Shown here in pieces: positions 1 to 13,153 of a stretch of 64,000 nt of DNA. Numbering within the stretch: position 1 is the first letter of the stretch; every line of letters starts with the position of its first letter. The stretch is from the human T2T-CHM13v2.0 reference genome, Homo sapiens: NCBI RefSeq assembly GCF_009914755.1, contig NC_060928.1. One strand, written 5' to 3'. Below the pieces are notes generated by a model. The model ran no database searches. It was given only the letters and a program-made list of their open reading frames with translations, and was not told where the DNA came from. Both the position numbers and the translations under genes were made by a program.

Positions 1-455
1 CTGGAATTCTACTTGTCAAATCCTGGAGTCTGTTTTTCAGCTGTTCATTATTCCACTGCAGGGGAAAAGAGACCCTTCTTAAATCACCAGAGAGGTTCTC
101 TAACTCTTGCCCTTAGCAGTAGTTTGTTAATGGTTCTCTGTTTCTCATTATCCCATTGCAGAGCATCAATATAACAGTAATGCCCAGCCAACACTCTGTC
201 CTTGTGCTCCCCACCGCCATCTCTCTTTCAAATCCTTGAATCATTATAACTGCAAGGGCATTTTCCATTGGGATGTTTCCTCAAGTCACCCCTGATGAAT
301 TGTTCAGCGATTGGATTTTCACTTTGTGCCAGGGACTATCTAGGCCCCACATTCCTCTCATGATGCAGTCCTCCTTGCCTGTCGAGAAATGAGTGAGCCA
401 GGCCCCAAGCTCCATCTTGCCACTTGACTTATCAGAACATGTTTGGTTTCTACCA
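1..455 (-). mobile_element. ERV-L class internal region remnant (leader and 5' gag)
   Basis: The reverse complement resembles ERV-L/HERV16-type gag 5' sequence. A PBS-like TGGTAGAAACC on the minus strand (445-455) abuts the LTR end. The element runs off the window edge. Confidence 0.5.
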
Positions 456-900
456 TGTCAACTCAGGTCAACCCAGGAGGAGCTAACAAAACAGGATTAC
501 ACATGTAAGATATATATTGGGGGAAACTCCTGTGAAAGATGAAGAAGGAAGGGGCAGGAGTAGAGAGGGCCTTCAGACCACAGTGAAGAATTGGCTTCTG
601 TAAAAAGAGAAATAGAATGTTTGTAATCCTGGTCCAGACCATCTCTAACTCTGTAACTCTCCTATTTCCACATCTTTTGACCACAAAGTTGTTAGAAGAA
701 CTGGAGATCGATGTACATGGGAAGGCCCAGCTCAAGCTCTGTGCAGAGTGGGTCCTTAGCAACTGTTACGTTATGTGTTCACTGCACAGAACAGGGGAGT
801 AATAAGCAGAGCCCTGGGTTTCCTTCAAAGAAATGCAGTGACCCTTATTTCATGTGTAGGCAGGTAGATATGGAGGCTGCCCCTCTCTGCATCTACAACA
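456..900 (-). mobile_element. ERV-L family LTR (LTR40/LTR41/LTR52-like)
   Basis: The minus strand has TGT...ACA termini over about 445 bp, with motifs typical of old ERVL LTRs, and lies next to the PBS-like site. Confidence 0.55.
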
Positions 901-1107
901 AGCCCTGTTTCTCATTAAAGTCAACGTTGAACACTATGTTTTAAATAACACAAGGAAGAAAACAGGATGCACTTATCTCCTTAGACATGACCTCAAAATG
1001 TATTCTTCTTTATAACTGTTATTACTAACTAAAATACATCCTTCCTATTCTTTCTTTGGAAAGAAGAAAAATAAGGCTTGTGATGGAAGGTAGGATAAAG
1101 CCAGCAC

Positions 1108-1295
1108 ATATTGAGTGATGATATGTGCCAGGTACTACTTTAGGTACTTTATGAATGTTTTCTTTCTTCATCCTTACACTCTTTGGAGTTAGAATTATCC
1201 ACACCTTACATAAGAAAACAATCAAGGTTATAGAAATTAAATAACTTGTCCATAGTATTGCAGTTAATTATCAGAAATGACTATTGACTCTGAAA
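1108..1295 (-). mobile_element. MIR SINE
   Basis: Degenerate MIR core: tatgtgccaggtact...aaataacttgtccatagt. Confidence 0.6.
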
Positions 1296-2032
1296 CTTTG
1301 TATATTTCAGTTTTGCAAAAATCTTATCTGTGAGGTGGACTTTAATTCAAGAATTATAGAAATGTTTTGGTTGAAATAATTTTTTTAATAAAAAAGAATT
1401 TTTTCCTATGTTATGTATTTAAAATCTATAATGAATTTTGGCCCTATCTCTGTTAAAACCACATTGTTTTAAATACTTAGTTGCTCATAAATCTATTTCT
1501 CCTCATTATAAACCCTTGAGGGAGACTATTATATCTAATTCATCTCATCCTAACCAACTAAAATTAGGCCTAAATGTCATATGCACTCAATTTATGTATG
1601 CTGAGCCAAATAGGATAATTCAAACAACTCAGTTCATTTTTCTGCTAATTCTCCACTTACTCTGATACAGCAAATTAGAATGATAGAGAGGAAAACATAT
1701 CCTCTTCTTTATTCCATGGGACCCATATCATAGTGGACAGCCTCTCTCAAAAAAGCCTTAAAACTCTTCTATTTTTTGAGAACCCATAGTTGTTTAACTA
1801 GCTTGTCCTGGCTGAAAGATAGATGTGGATTATAAGAATCAACAGGAAATCCTCATTGCAGGTACACATCTCCTAAATTTCCCCACTATGCAGAGAGATG
1901 GCCAATTATTATAGAAGCATAATTACTATAGAAGTTGTAGCTACCATAATTATATTCTCATAGTCACTTTCCATTTTTACATACTGAGCCAACCTGACCA
2001 TAAGCCAAGTTCAGGTTTATTCCATTCCTTCA

Positions 2033-2308
<276 letters not shown>

Positions 2309-2407
2309 GATAAAAGATAAATGTAGAGTACTTGTGATTTGGGGAAAAGATCATGAAAGGTAACCTTACAAAACGTGACTTTTACAGCAACTTTCAAAGT
2401 TTACGTT

Positions 2408-2645
2408 ATGGTGAAGAGCATAGGCTTTGGACACAAACCAGCCTTAGTTTGAATCCTGTCTGTGACACTGAGCTGTGTGACCTTGGACAAGTTACTTAGC
2501 CTCTCTAGTCACAGTTTCCTTGTGTGTAAAACAGAGATAATAATAGTGCTGTTTGAGAATTAAGAGGAAGACAAAATGTAAAGCACTTAGCACATGGCCA
2601 GCAGATGATAAATACTCATTAAACAGGAATTTACTGTCATTATTA
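2408..2645 (+). mobile_element. MIR SINE
   Basis: Core sequence gctgtgtgaccttggacaagttacttagcctctct...cagtttccttg...aaagcacttagcaca. Confidence 0.8.
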
Positions 2646-4334
2646 TTTTACTATGCATGCAACTAGCTGCTTCATGTGTCTGAGCTGAATGATAACAACA
2701 TTGGAATTCACAATTTTAATAGATCTTTGCATTCCCACAGCATCTTTTATCTCAGAGGACCAAAGTTCTGGAAAATATTAATTCTCGTCTGTTATGTTTG
2801 TACTAGTAAAGGCAGGAGCACATACAACGGCCTAGTTATTAAAAAGAACTATGATATAAAGCGCTAACTCCACATGCACAAAGTTATACATAAAACCTTA
2901 ACAGAATCTAGGTCTCTCATCTTGGATTCCTCATTAATTGTAGCAGATTGTTTCCAGTGGCTAAATATTATTTATTGGCAGTGTAAGTCAATGCTGCTGA
3001 TATATTACTCTTTTGGGGAGTGTTTGTTTTTTGAAAACTGCTCTCAAATTTTCTAAATGTGAATTTAAAAGTCTGTCAGTCTATGTGCCGATAACACAAG
3101 ACAGATTGTAAATGTAGCGGGATGCAGTCAAGTCAAACAAATCCAGTGAGAGCGCCAGAAGTCTTTATTAGGACTGCTCCTGTTCACAGGCTTTGCTAAT
3201 GATGGAACAATTGTTTGTGCTGATTTGTAGCTGGCATTGATATGCCGGCAGCAACACTTTCATCTAAAATCCAGCTCCAAATTTTTTTAATACTGCCAAT
3301 GAATTTGCTGTGTCTGCAAAGAGCAACTCCAAAGAACCTTTCTAAATAATAAGAAATGGGAATATTCAAGCAGTCTTTAATTCTAAATCCAGAGTGTTAG
3401 TTGAAATATACAATGATTTTTCTCTTTGTCATTGTTTTGTCATCTACTGGGATGCCTGCATCTCAACAACTTGTATGAATTAATAACTAAACACAGCTTT
3501 AAAATGCTGAAATTGGCAGATGTTGAAGGGAAGTAAATGCTGAACTGCAGAAGGATATTCCAAGATTCCAAACTTATCTAACATTTTCTTCACAAAATAA
3601 AAAAATGCAAATGCGCTCTGACTGCTGTTCACATTTATTGTGGGGACCAGTTTTTTTTTTTTTTTTTTAATCAAACAGCACCTGCCTCTCTATTCAGAGA
3701 TGTCTGCGTGTGGGGATAAGTGCAAACAACAAAGGCTTCGGCTGTGGCAGAGGCTGCATCATTTTCTTGGAACTTGCCATTATGTTTCAGGTCAGAGATT
3801 GAGGTTTGGTGCAGGGAATGGAGCTTTTAATATCAGGTGAATGGATTTTTATAAGAGGTTGGGAAGCTTTGGGTCTTAAAGAGAAAAATGGTGCTTTAAA
3901 AATAGCCACATTTCTTTTGTACTGTAATTATCAGTGCATGACCAATCATTTTTTATTCTGTCTGTGTGGGCAAAAGGAAATATCCTCTACCCATCTCTGT
4001 GGGCTGGCCATTTGAATAAGTCAAAATGTTCCCATATTTAATCAGTTTATTGAGAATATATAATTTAGCTAGAAAATTGATCCTGAAACATCACTTTTAA
4101 GGGAGCATGAAAAATGATACAAATTCATCAATTTTTTAAGAAGTCATTGTCATATGTTTGCTGCTTAAACAGGTAATGTGGAGTAAATCAGTGATTTTTT
4201 CACAATTTCTATTGAGAAAAGGTTCACATTGTGTAAGTGACAAAATGTCTGAAATAGGAATAATCAGCCTTAAAAAAAATAGAATGGTAAAAATATGAAG
4301 AAACAGAACAATAACTTCAGCTGATCCCAGCTCT

Positions 4335-4500
4335 AACATTGATGGAGAAAGCCCAGGCAAATCACTGAATTCCTCTGAGTTTCCATTTCTGCATCTATAA
4401 AGTGTAAATGGTAAAATGTTCCCTTCCAGGACTGTTGTGGACAGGAAATGAGAAAATGTTTGTGACGTACTTTGCAAATGGTAAAACATTTTAAGAGCAT
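4335..4500 (+). mobile_element. MIR SINE fragment
   Basis: ggcaaatcactgaattcctctgagtttccatttctgcatctataaa core. Confidence 0.6.
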
Positions 4501-5339
4501 CAGGAAGAAAAGGAGAAGTAAACGGGATGATAATAATAATTACAATATGTAACAATTATAATGACAATTATAATATTAAATATAATAATTGTTATTAATG
4601 AAAATACTAAATCCTGCCCAGAAGTGCTAGAAATTGGTAAATCCTCAGACCATGTCTTCATTATGTTCTTAACTGGAGGAAAAGGAGACATACATACTCT
4701 GTAATCCCACATGAAAAAGTGAAGTCTATTATAACTGAAGTGGACTGCAGACTACATTAACACCTGTTCTTTGAAAGAAACTCTTAAATTAAAGTTACAT
4801 CTTTCTGAGAGCTTTTTTCAAAAGCAAGTGTAGGCTAACAGAGTATCCTATTCTTGAAATGGCTTGTTAGGGTTTCAGACAACCTTTGCCCACAAAACAG
4901 GGGAGTCACATTAACTTGCTAAGGTTGCATTTCTCTTTCGTTAGATCAGTCACTCACGGGTTATGTAGGGTTACATGAAGTCACCAATCAATGACAAGCA
5001 TTCATTATCATATGTTTGCTCCAAAATACAAAGCTTTAAACTGTTCCAGGAATAAAAATTTTTAAATAGCATCCTTTAAAAGTTGCAGGAATTATGGATA
5101 GAAAACTATTGTACATTTTTGCTACTGAAACCAACATCCCAAGAAAATAAAATACACTTTTAATAGTAGATGCTCGAAATATACAACTTCCCACACTCAC
5201 TTTCTGGGTAATAAGTTGTGTGCTGAGAAGGTAAGGCAGTTGGTGATTGCTTATGAAGAATTTATGCACTACAGTTCATCTAGTTAGAGATGAGAGAAAG
5301 ATGCAACTAGCATATATAGGTTGCCAATTCTTCCTCCTC

Positions 5340-6290
5340 CTCTAGTAGTTGTATATTATCTGCCTAGATAAGCTAGAAATATATTTCCCCAAATTTCTTT
5401 CCCTATAGTCCTGGGTTAGTGTTGGCCACAAGAGGAGTTTAGATGAAATTTGGGAGCGGAAGTGTACCAACAGCCATTATGCTCAAAAGATCATTGTTGC
5501 TCAAGGCAGGGAGGAACAGACAAAACGAGAAACTGGCAGTTTTGTTTCGTTCTGCTCATCCTGACCCATGTCCCTAGCTGAATGCCTGTCCAGCCAAACA
5601 ATAGCAACATTAGGTTACCAGCAAACCCTTTGCAGCTGAACTCAGAGGCACTAGCCACAAAGATCCTGCAACCTTCATCAGACTTCTAGCCCAGTACTAT
5701 TTATTATTTTTTAATTTTTGTGGGTACATAGTAGGTATATGTATTTATAGGGTACATGAGATGTTTTGATACAGGCATGTAATGTGAAATAAGCACAACG
5801 TGGAAAATGGGGTATCCCCCTCAAGCATTTATCCTTTGCGTTACAAACAATCCAAATTACATCCTTTAAGTTATTTAAAAATATACAATTACTATTGACT
5901 ATCACCCTGTTGTGCTATCAAATAGTGTTTTTATTCTTTCTATTTTTTTAATCCATTAACCATTCCCACCTCGCCCCTGCACTGCTCTCACATCCCTCAC
6001 CCACCTCCACCAACTATCCTTCCCTGCCTCTGGTAACCATCCTTCTTCTCTCTATGTCCATGAGTTCAATTGTTTTGATTTTTAGATCCCACAAATAAGT
6101 GAGAACATGGAATGTTTGTCTTTCTGTGCCTGGATTACTTAACATAATGATCTCCAGTTCCATCCATGTTTTTGCAAATGACTGGAACCTAGTACTATTT
6201 CTGCTTCTACTCTAGCAGTTGGACATGCATGGCTTCCTGCAAACTCTAACTCTTTAACTTGCTTACCCACTCTAGACCTGGTTGAAGTCA
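5340..6290. mobile_element. Old ERVL-type LTR (LTR33/LTR16-like) interrupted by L1
   Basis: LTR-like motifs lie on both sides of the L1 insertion. The sequence is highly diverged. Confidence 0.35.
5703..6190 (-). mobile_element. L1MA-type 3' end fragment
   Basis: L1MA1/2-like 3' UTR (gggtacatgagatgttttgatacaggcatg). Exact TSD agtactattt at 5693-5702 and 6191-6200. Confidence 0.85.
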
Positions 6291-6539
6291 AGTCCACTTA
6301 TCAACACAAGTCATTTGAAGGCATTTGGTATAAGGGGAAAACATGGGCTTCAAAGTCTTACAAATCTATTTATTCATCCTCTTTCCTCTTCTGTCTGTAT
6401 GACTTTAACCTCCTTAGGCCATATCAACCTTCAAAATAAATGGTAAGAAATCTTGCCTTGGTCCTAAGTGAAAAAAAAAAAATTCTTTCATTAGAATCTT
6501 AATCCTAAATTAGTCTTCATGTAAATTTGAGGCTAGAAT

Positions 6540-7220
6540 GCACTCTACCTGTATAAGCCATAAAAATCCCAAGCTCAGAATTGAAAGTGACCCATGGTGG
6601 TTAGTGCATCCGAGGCACAGGAAAAGAGAAAATACAGCAACTTTTCAAAGGAGAGCTCCTTAAACCCAGGACACAAAGTATTTCCAAATAAATTTCTAAG
6701 AAACATGAGCTTACCATAAAATTTTTTTAAATCACCCAGAGAAACTAGTCACCATTAGCAAGAGTCAGCAGAAACAATAAATAAGAGAATCTGACCTTCA
6801 GATCTGCAATTTTTGTGATATTATCTATATTTAAATTTTAAAGAATGTATTTAAATTTCTTAAAGAAGTATAAGAGATTGTCAATATTTCAGCAGATTTG
6901 ATAAAGGAATAGAACATGAAGAAACAGAAATAATAATCATTGAAAACTCAATGGACAGGATAAGCTATAGGTTATAAATGACCAAAGAAAGACCTTAAGC
7001 TTTGATCCAGAATGCAGCACAAAGGGACAGAATATGAACAAGAGGTTAAAGGACATAAAGAACAGAGGGAGAAGTTCTAATATATATGTAATCAGTGCTT
7101 TAATAGGAGAAAATTGAGGCAGACAGACAGGTGACATTCCAAGAGATAATGGTTGAGATTCTTCCAGAAGTGAAAGGTAGCAATCCTTACACTCAAGAAA
7201 CCCAACTAATCACATGAGCT
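6540..7220 (+). mobile_element. Ancient L1 ORF1 / HAL1-like remnant
   Basis: A-rich sequence with ORF1-like motifs (ccagaatgcagcacaaaggga, gagataatggttgagattcttccagaa). Confidence 0.55.
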
Positions 7221-7290
7221 AAAATGAGAAAATAAAAGTTTTATTTGGCAAAAAATGTAATGGCAATATATTTAATAATATTTGGTTTAG

Positions 7291-7635
<345 letters not shown>

Positions 7636-7694
7636 GGTAGCAATGTATATTAAAAGATGGAATGAAATTTTAACTTCTAAGAAGTCACCAAAAA

Positions 7695-7837
7695 AGGACG
7701 AGGCAAATGCAAATGAGGCACTCACTCTTAGAGATGTGCAAGTGCAGGGCTGGGGCTCTCAGGAACCTGACAGTGAGGGCCCGCCTTAAATTTTGCAACC
7801 TGAGTCTCTCACGTGCCTCACTCTTGTCCTGATTCTT
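7695..7837. mobile_element. MER96-like hAT MITE fragment
   Basis: Motifs gaggcactcactct and ccttaaattttgc...gcctcactcttgtcctg. Confidence 0.4.
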
Positions 7838-7979
7838 AGAGACAAAAATCTGCGTCTGTGATCTAATACGCAGAATTGTCTAATTAAATATACTTTTAAA
7901 ATATAGTGAGCTGTTGTATGAAATTTATGCCTATCTTTAATCTACTATGTTGTGATCCTATTTACATTTGGTATAATGC

Positions 7980-8200
7980 AACCATTGCAAATGTAGTTTG
8001 TTGAATTTAACAATGTAACCACCTCAATAACCAAGATACAGAACATCTCCATCAGCCAAAATATGTCCCTTGTAGTATTTTGCTATTACCCGCCCCCACC
8101 CCTGATCCTTGGAAACCACTGACCTGCTTTCTGTCATTATAATTTGGATTGACTTTTGCAGTTTTATATAAATGGAATCATAGAGTATTTACATTTTGTT
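7980..8200 (-). mobile_element. Old L1M 3' UTR fragment
   Basis: aaccactgacctgctttctgtc...tatataaatggaatcata. Confidence 0.65.
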
Positions 8201-8366
8201 TTTAAATAATAAGATACTAAAAATATCTAAAACAGCAATTCTCTAAAAATGTCACATAACAGATATGGGTTATCTTTAGTTGCAAGAAGCAAAAAAACTT
8301 ACTTATTTGATATATTTATGGGGTTTTTCCATTCACACTATTTTTTTAAGTATTCGAGAGATTTTA

Positions 8367-8690
<324 letters not shown>

Positions 8691-9754
8691 TCAATACAAC
8701 AATATTGCATAAGACAACTTGAAACAAATTAGCAGAATTATCATTTTTTACACTCTTAGTTAACTTGCATTTAGCATCAGCTTTTATTTTTATCAAAGGT
8801 TTCATCATGGATTTAAGTTAAATTCTAAAGATACATAAAAATAAAAAGAATCTTTCACTCTACAGTAATTAAACTCAACACCAGGGCTAGAGGTATTCAA
8901 CTGAATGACCAAATCATAAATACAATTATCTTATGTCAAATGATTCCTGTGCATGGCCACTCAATACATTTTATAAGACTCAAAGTGTTCCGTGTGAAAG
9001 AAAGAAATAATCATACCATCACTTAATTTAAACATTTTTAAAACAAAAATTAAATATTCACTTAATTTTCTATGACCCTCTGTTTTTTAATGGAGATGTA
9101 TTACCTTTGAAGATTTTTTTTATAACATGTTTTCATAAACATGCCATCCAAATAAAGAAGTTTTAAAGCATACTAGAAATCAAAACAGATACCATTGCTA
9201 TTTTTAAAGAACCCCCTGTGACATTTTCACAAACCTTTGAGGATTTTCAAACCACAGTTTGGGAAGGAAAAATTAATGTGTGTTTACAGGCCACTCATGG
9301 GTCCCTAATTACTGTGTGTCAGCAAATAAAATAGTCTCTTTTGTTAGTTACCTTCTTTGAAGTCTCTGTATTATTTGATGCCATTTATCAGACCACTCCT
9401 TCTTCCTCATAATTTTTTATTTCAAGCCAACATTGTATTATTGCTACTCCAACCTGTCTGGCTGATCTGTCTCTGCTCCTTCAGAAGCTTCCCTCCTTTC
9501 TCCATGGCTTTTCTTACCACTTTATGCTTTCTTTCATTTGCTTAATCCTCCGTACTGATCCTGGGCATGTTGTCCCAATTCTTCTTCATCTTGCAGGCTG
9601 CATTTCCTGGGTCCCCTATTAGCTAGCTTCATTGACCAAAGGCAAGGACTAGAGGGAGAAAGGAAGCACTGGCAGGAGACACTGAGGGAAGGATAAAGGA
9701 TGGGAAGAGCCAGGATATTTCTCTCCCTCCCTCCCTCTCTCTGCTTTGGGTACC

Positions 9755-10144
9755 ATGTCTGATGTCTTGACTGGAGCTGGATGCCTCAAGATAGCTTCAC
9801 TCACATGTCTGACAATTTTTTCTGGCTGTTGGCTTGATTCTCCTCCATAGGACCTTTTGTCTTTTAGTAGGCTAGACTGGGCTTCTTCACAGCATGGTGG
9901 TCTAAGGGTTTTATGAGGCAAGACTAGAACTGCAAGACCTCTTACGTAGAGGATCCAGAACTTACACAATGTCACATCCACCACATTCTGTTAGTCAAAG
10001 CAAGTCACAAGGCCAGGCCTTATTCAAAGGGATAGAAAAACAGACTTTGTTTATTGATGAGAAGAGCAGCAATAAGACATTACAAAAGACATGAAAACAA
10101 GGGGATGTAGTTCATTGGAAGCCATTATTGTGACAATCTACCTC
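9755..10144 (-). mobile_element. MLT1 (G/H-like) MaLR LTR, partial
   Basis: ggctagactgggcttcttcacagcatggtgg...gtcaaagcaagtcacaaggcc motifs. Confidence 0.8.
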
Positions 10145-10329
10145 GCTGAGTCCCAGAGTTCCAGAAACAGCACCTCTCTCCTAAACACAGTGTATACTAT
10201 TCCTAATCTCTGGGTTGTTCCCCATTTGTCTCTTTTGCTCCCTTGTCACCTGTTTAACCAACTCCTTGCATTAGATTGCTTGTGGTTTCCTAGTTTGACT
10301 GTAAATGTGCATCTACTTTCTTACTTTAA

Positions 10330-11190
10330 CAGTGATAACTCTTAAATCTGGATCTGAGTTCTAGATTTAAAAGTTCTAGAGTTCTGATTTCTAGATCTAA
10401 ATCCTATTCTAAATTTCCAAAGGCCTTAGGGTATTTCCACGTTAATTTTTTCTTCTTCATCTCAAACCCAGCATATTCAAAACTGAATTCAGAATTCTCT
10501 CCCCTGGACAATGACTCTTCTCAATTTATCTATACTCTAAACCAGGGGCCAGATGACTATAGTAAGCAGCCAAGTCCATCACTGCTAATTTTATTGGAAC
10601 ACAGCCAAGCTCATTCATTTTTGTATTGTCTACGTCTCTTTCACTCTACAATGGCAGAACCGAGTAGTTGCAACAGAAACTGTGTGACCTGTAAAGTTCA
10701 AAATACTTACACATCTGGCCCTTTACAGAAAGATTTCCCGACCCCTGTTTTAAAGCTCTGATCCTGTCTTTTTCTTCTCTATGTACAATCAGAGACCAAA
10801 GGTTATCAATTCAGTTCACATTCTTCATTTCTAAATTATTTCCATATTATTTTATCTGTCTCTCCCTGCTTCCATCCTAATCTATTCTGCATATTTCAAC
10901 TAAATTGATTGTTGCAAAATACCATTTTAATTCTGTCGCTCATCTACTAACAATTCCACAGTGACTTGTTTTTATTACAAGTCACTGATCATTGCAAATT
11001 CAGCATCCTTCAACCAACTCACCTCAATTTACTCAACAAAATCTAATTTGCACTTACCCCAAGCCATCTTCTCCAATCAGGTGCATCTTCTCTTACTTCT
11101 CTTACTTGATTTCAGAACCTCTGAATGCAGAAATTCTGTTTCATCGCTTATAGCTCTAGCACCAGGCACAGTGGTTGGCATATGGTAAAC
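10330..11190 (+). mobile_element. L2 fragments (interrupted by MER58A)
   Basis: catctcaaacccagcatattcaaaactgaattc and the 3' motif tagcaccaggcacagtggttggcatatggta. Confidence 0.5.
10543..10747. mobile_element. MER58A hAT-Charlie MITE
   Basis: CAGGGG...CCCCTG termini, with internal ttattggaacacagcc and tctggccctttacagaaa. Confidence 0.85.
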
Positions 11191-11875
11191 AGGGAATACT
11201 ACTGATTTTTTTCCTACTTCTGTCACTTTATTTATATGCTGCCTCTACTTAGTACATTCTTTCCTTGCTTTCCTATCTATCCAACCCTCTGTACTGTCTC
11301 TAGTCTCATATTTTCTCTAAACTGGTCTAAGCTTAATGATCAATTTTTTATTCAAATTCCTGACACTAAAAATTTATATCATCCATCTCTTCACTGCCTC
11401 AATGCACAGGGAGATATAGAATTAGCCACAATATTGATTCTTGAGACAGTAAGAACATGCCATCTATTTATGCACAATTTCTAACATCCTTTCCCATACC
11501 TCACACTATCCTTTGAGGTATTTCTTCTTTGGGATTTGTCCAAAGTTACAAGGCTTCATAATTATTAGGAGCCAAAGTGACAATCTAGATTCTAAATTTA
11601 TACATTCTAAATTTATAAGGCTTTCTAGGAAATTTCAGATGAATTTTATGATAGAAGGTTTTATTCTAGAATCTTGTAAATTGAGATATACGATATTTCA
11701 GATGTGGCAAGAAGAAAGAGTTGAGAGAAGTATATAAAAATACTTATTCACAGGTTATTACTCAGAAGAGAAAAAGTTCACTTACACAGAATCTAAAAGT
11801 TACAACCTGTATTTTCAGTGTTTGTGAACAAAATTCTGCAACAATACAGATATCCCAGGAAACCAGCTCTTATGA

Positions 11876-12062
11876 CAGTTGTGTGCTGGAGCAATTTCCT
11901 ACCAGCTTAAGGGGACAGATTGTTAAATATTCAGGAATTTTACAAACCAAGTGTCAAACCATTGGCAACTTGAAATCACCCATCATATGGGTATTTTCAT
12001 CAAAATTGGCAAATGCAGTAAATCAAGGTTTTTTTTCTTAACAGTTTTCCAGCACATCACTG
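11876..12062 (+). mobile_element. MER63-family hAT-Blackjack MITE
   Basis: TIRs cagttgtgtgctgg / ccagcacatcactg. Confidence 0.75.
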
Positions 12063-12067
12063 ATATA

Positions 12068-12137
12068 TCTATATCCATATCCATATCTATATATATATCT
12101 ATAGCTATATATATATAGATATGGATATGGATATAGA
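12068..12137. repeat. Perfect 31-bp inverted repeat with an 8-nt spacer
   Basis: 12068-12098 is the exact reverse complement of 12107-12137. Confidence 0.95.
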
Positions 12138-12269
12138 AACACACAAAATATGAGGAAGAGAGGGACAGAGCACAATTATAGTTACAAGAGGAATAATGAT
12201 TGATAAAAACACACATTAGTGTAGACTTTTCTGTATTCTAGGCCATGTTCTAAGCACTTAGCATATATT

Positions 12270-12472
12270 CAGGTGTGCTACAGCCAGCTAGTACTAGCTT
12301 ACAAAAGCCAATGGTGCACATCTCTTTCCCAACTCCATGTTCAGTGGCCTCACACTGGTAGCTTGAAATCAGCCGTAGTGGGAGTATTTACACCACAGAA
12401 ATCAGTAAATACTGTAAATCAGGAATTTTTATGCAGACAGCCAGTTGTTAAACATTCACCAGCACATCACTG
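12270..12472 (+). mobile_element. MER63A hAT-Blackjack MITE
   Basis: ggtagcttgaaatcagccgtagtgggagtatttacaccacagaaatc. Ends ccagcacatcactg. Confidence 0.85.
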
Positions 12473-12737
12473 TTCTTTAGCCAGACTTTTATAAGACAGC
12501 ATACTCACTTTTGGCCTCCAAAATACATTATTCAGTACAGTTTGATAAACAAGAAACCTGTGCCTAAGCAGAGGAAAGGGAAGAAAACATATGAGATTAC
12601 AAAAAGTAAGGGAAGACTTTGAGTTTGGTACAACTAGTCTGTGATAATAGAAGGGCTAGGAAATAAACACATTACCTTCCTTCTACCATAGTAGCTTCTG
12701 GGAAAGGTTGGCACTATGTTCTTTCCATCATGCTGGC

Positions 12738-13153
12738 TGTCTTAGCACATTTTGTGCTACTATAACAGAATACCTAAGACTGGGTAATTTACCATGAACA
12801 GAAATTGATTGGCTCACAATTCTGGAGGCTGCAAGTCCAAGATTGAGGTTCTGGCATTTTGCAAGGGTCTTCTTGCTGACTCATCCCATGGTGGAGGGCA
12901 GAACAGCAAGAGAAGAAAAGAGAAGGGAAGGGAGAGGGAGAGATAAGGGAAAAAAGAGAGAGAGAAAGAGAAGGGGGCCGAACTTACCCTTTTATAATAA
13001 ACCCACTTCCAAGACAGTACCATTAATGTACTCATGAGGGTCAGAGACCTCATTGCCTAGTCACGTCTTAAACGTCTCACCTCTTGACACTGTTACAATG
13101 ACAATTAAACTTCAACATGAGTTTTAGAGGAGACAAATATTCAAGCCATGACA
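12738..13153 (-). mobile_element. MST (MSTB/C/D-like) solo LTR
   Basis: TG...CA termini. Exact 5-bp TSD ctggc at 12733-12737 and 13154-13158. Confidence 0.9.

Noticed and set aside
11540-11690. Degenerate repeated and inverted motifs (aatttacaag/ttctag-like)
   Set aside because: They are too short and AT-rich to separate from chance or an unrecognised old MITE.
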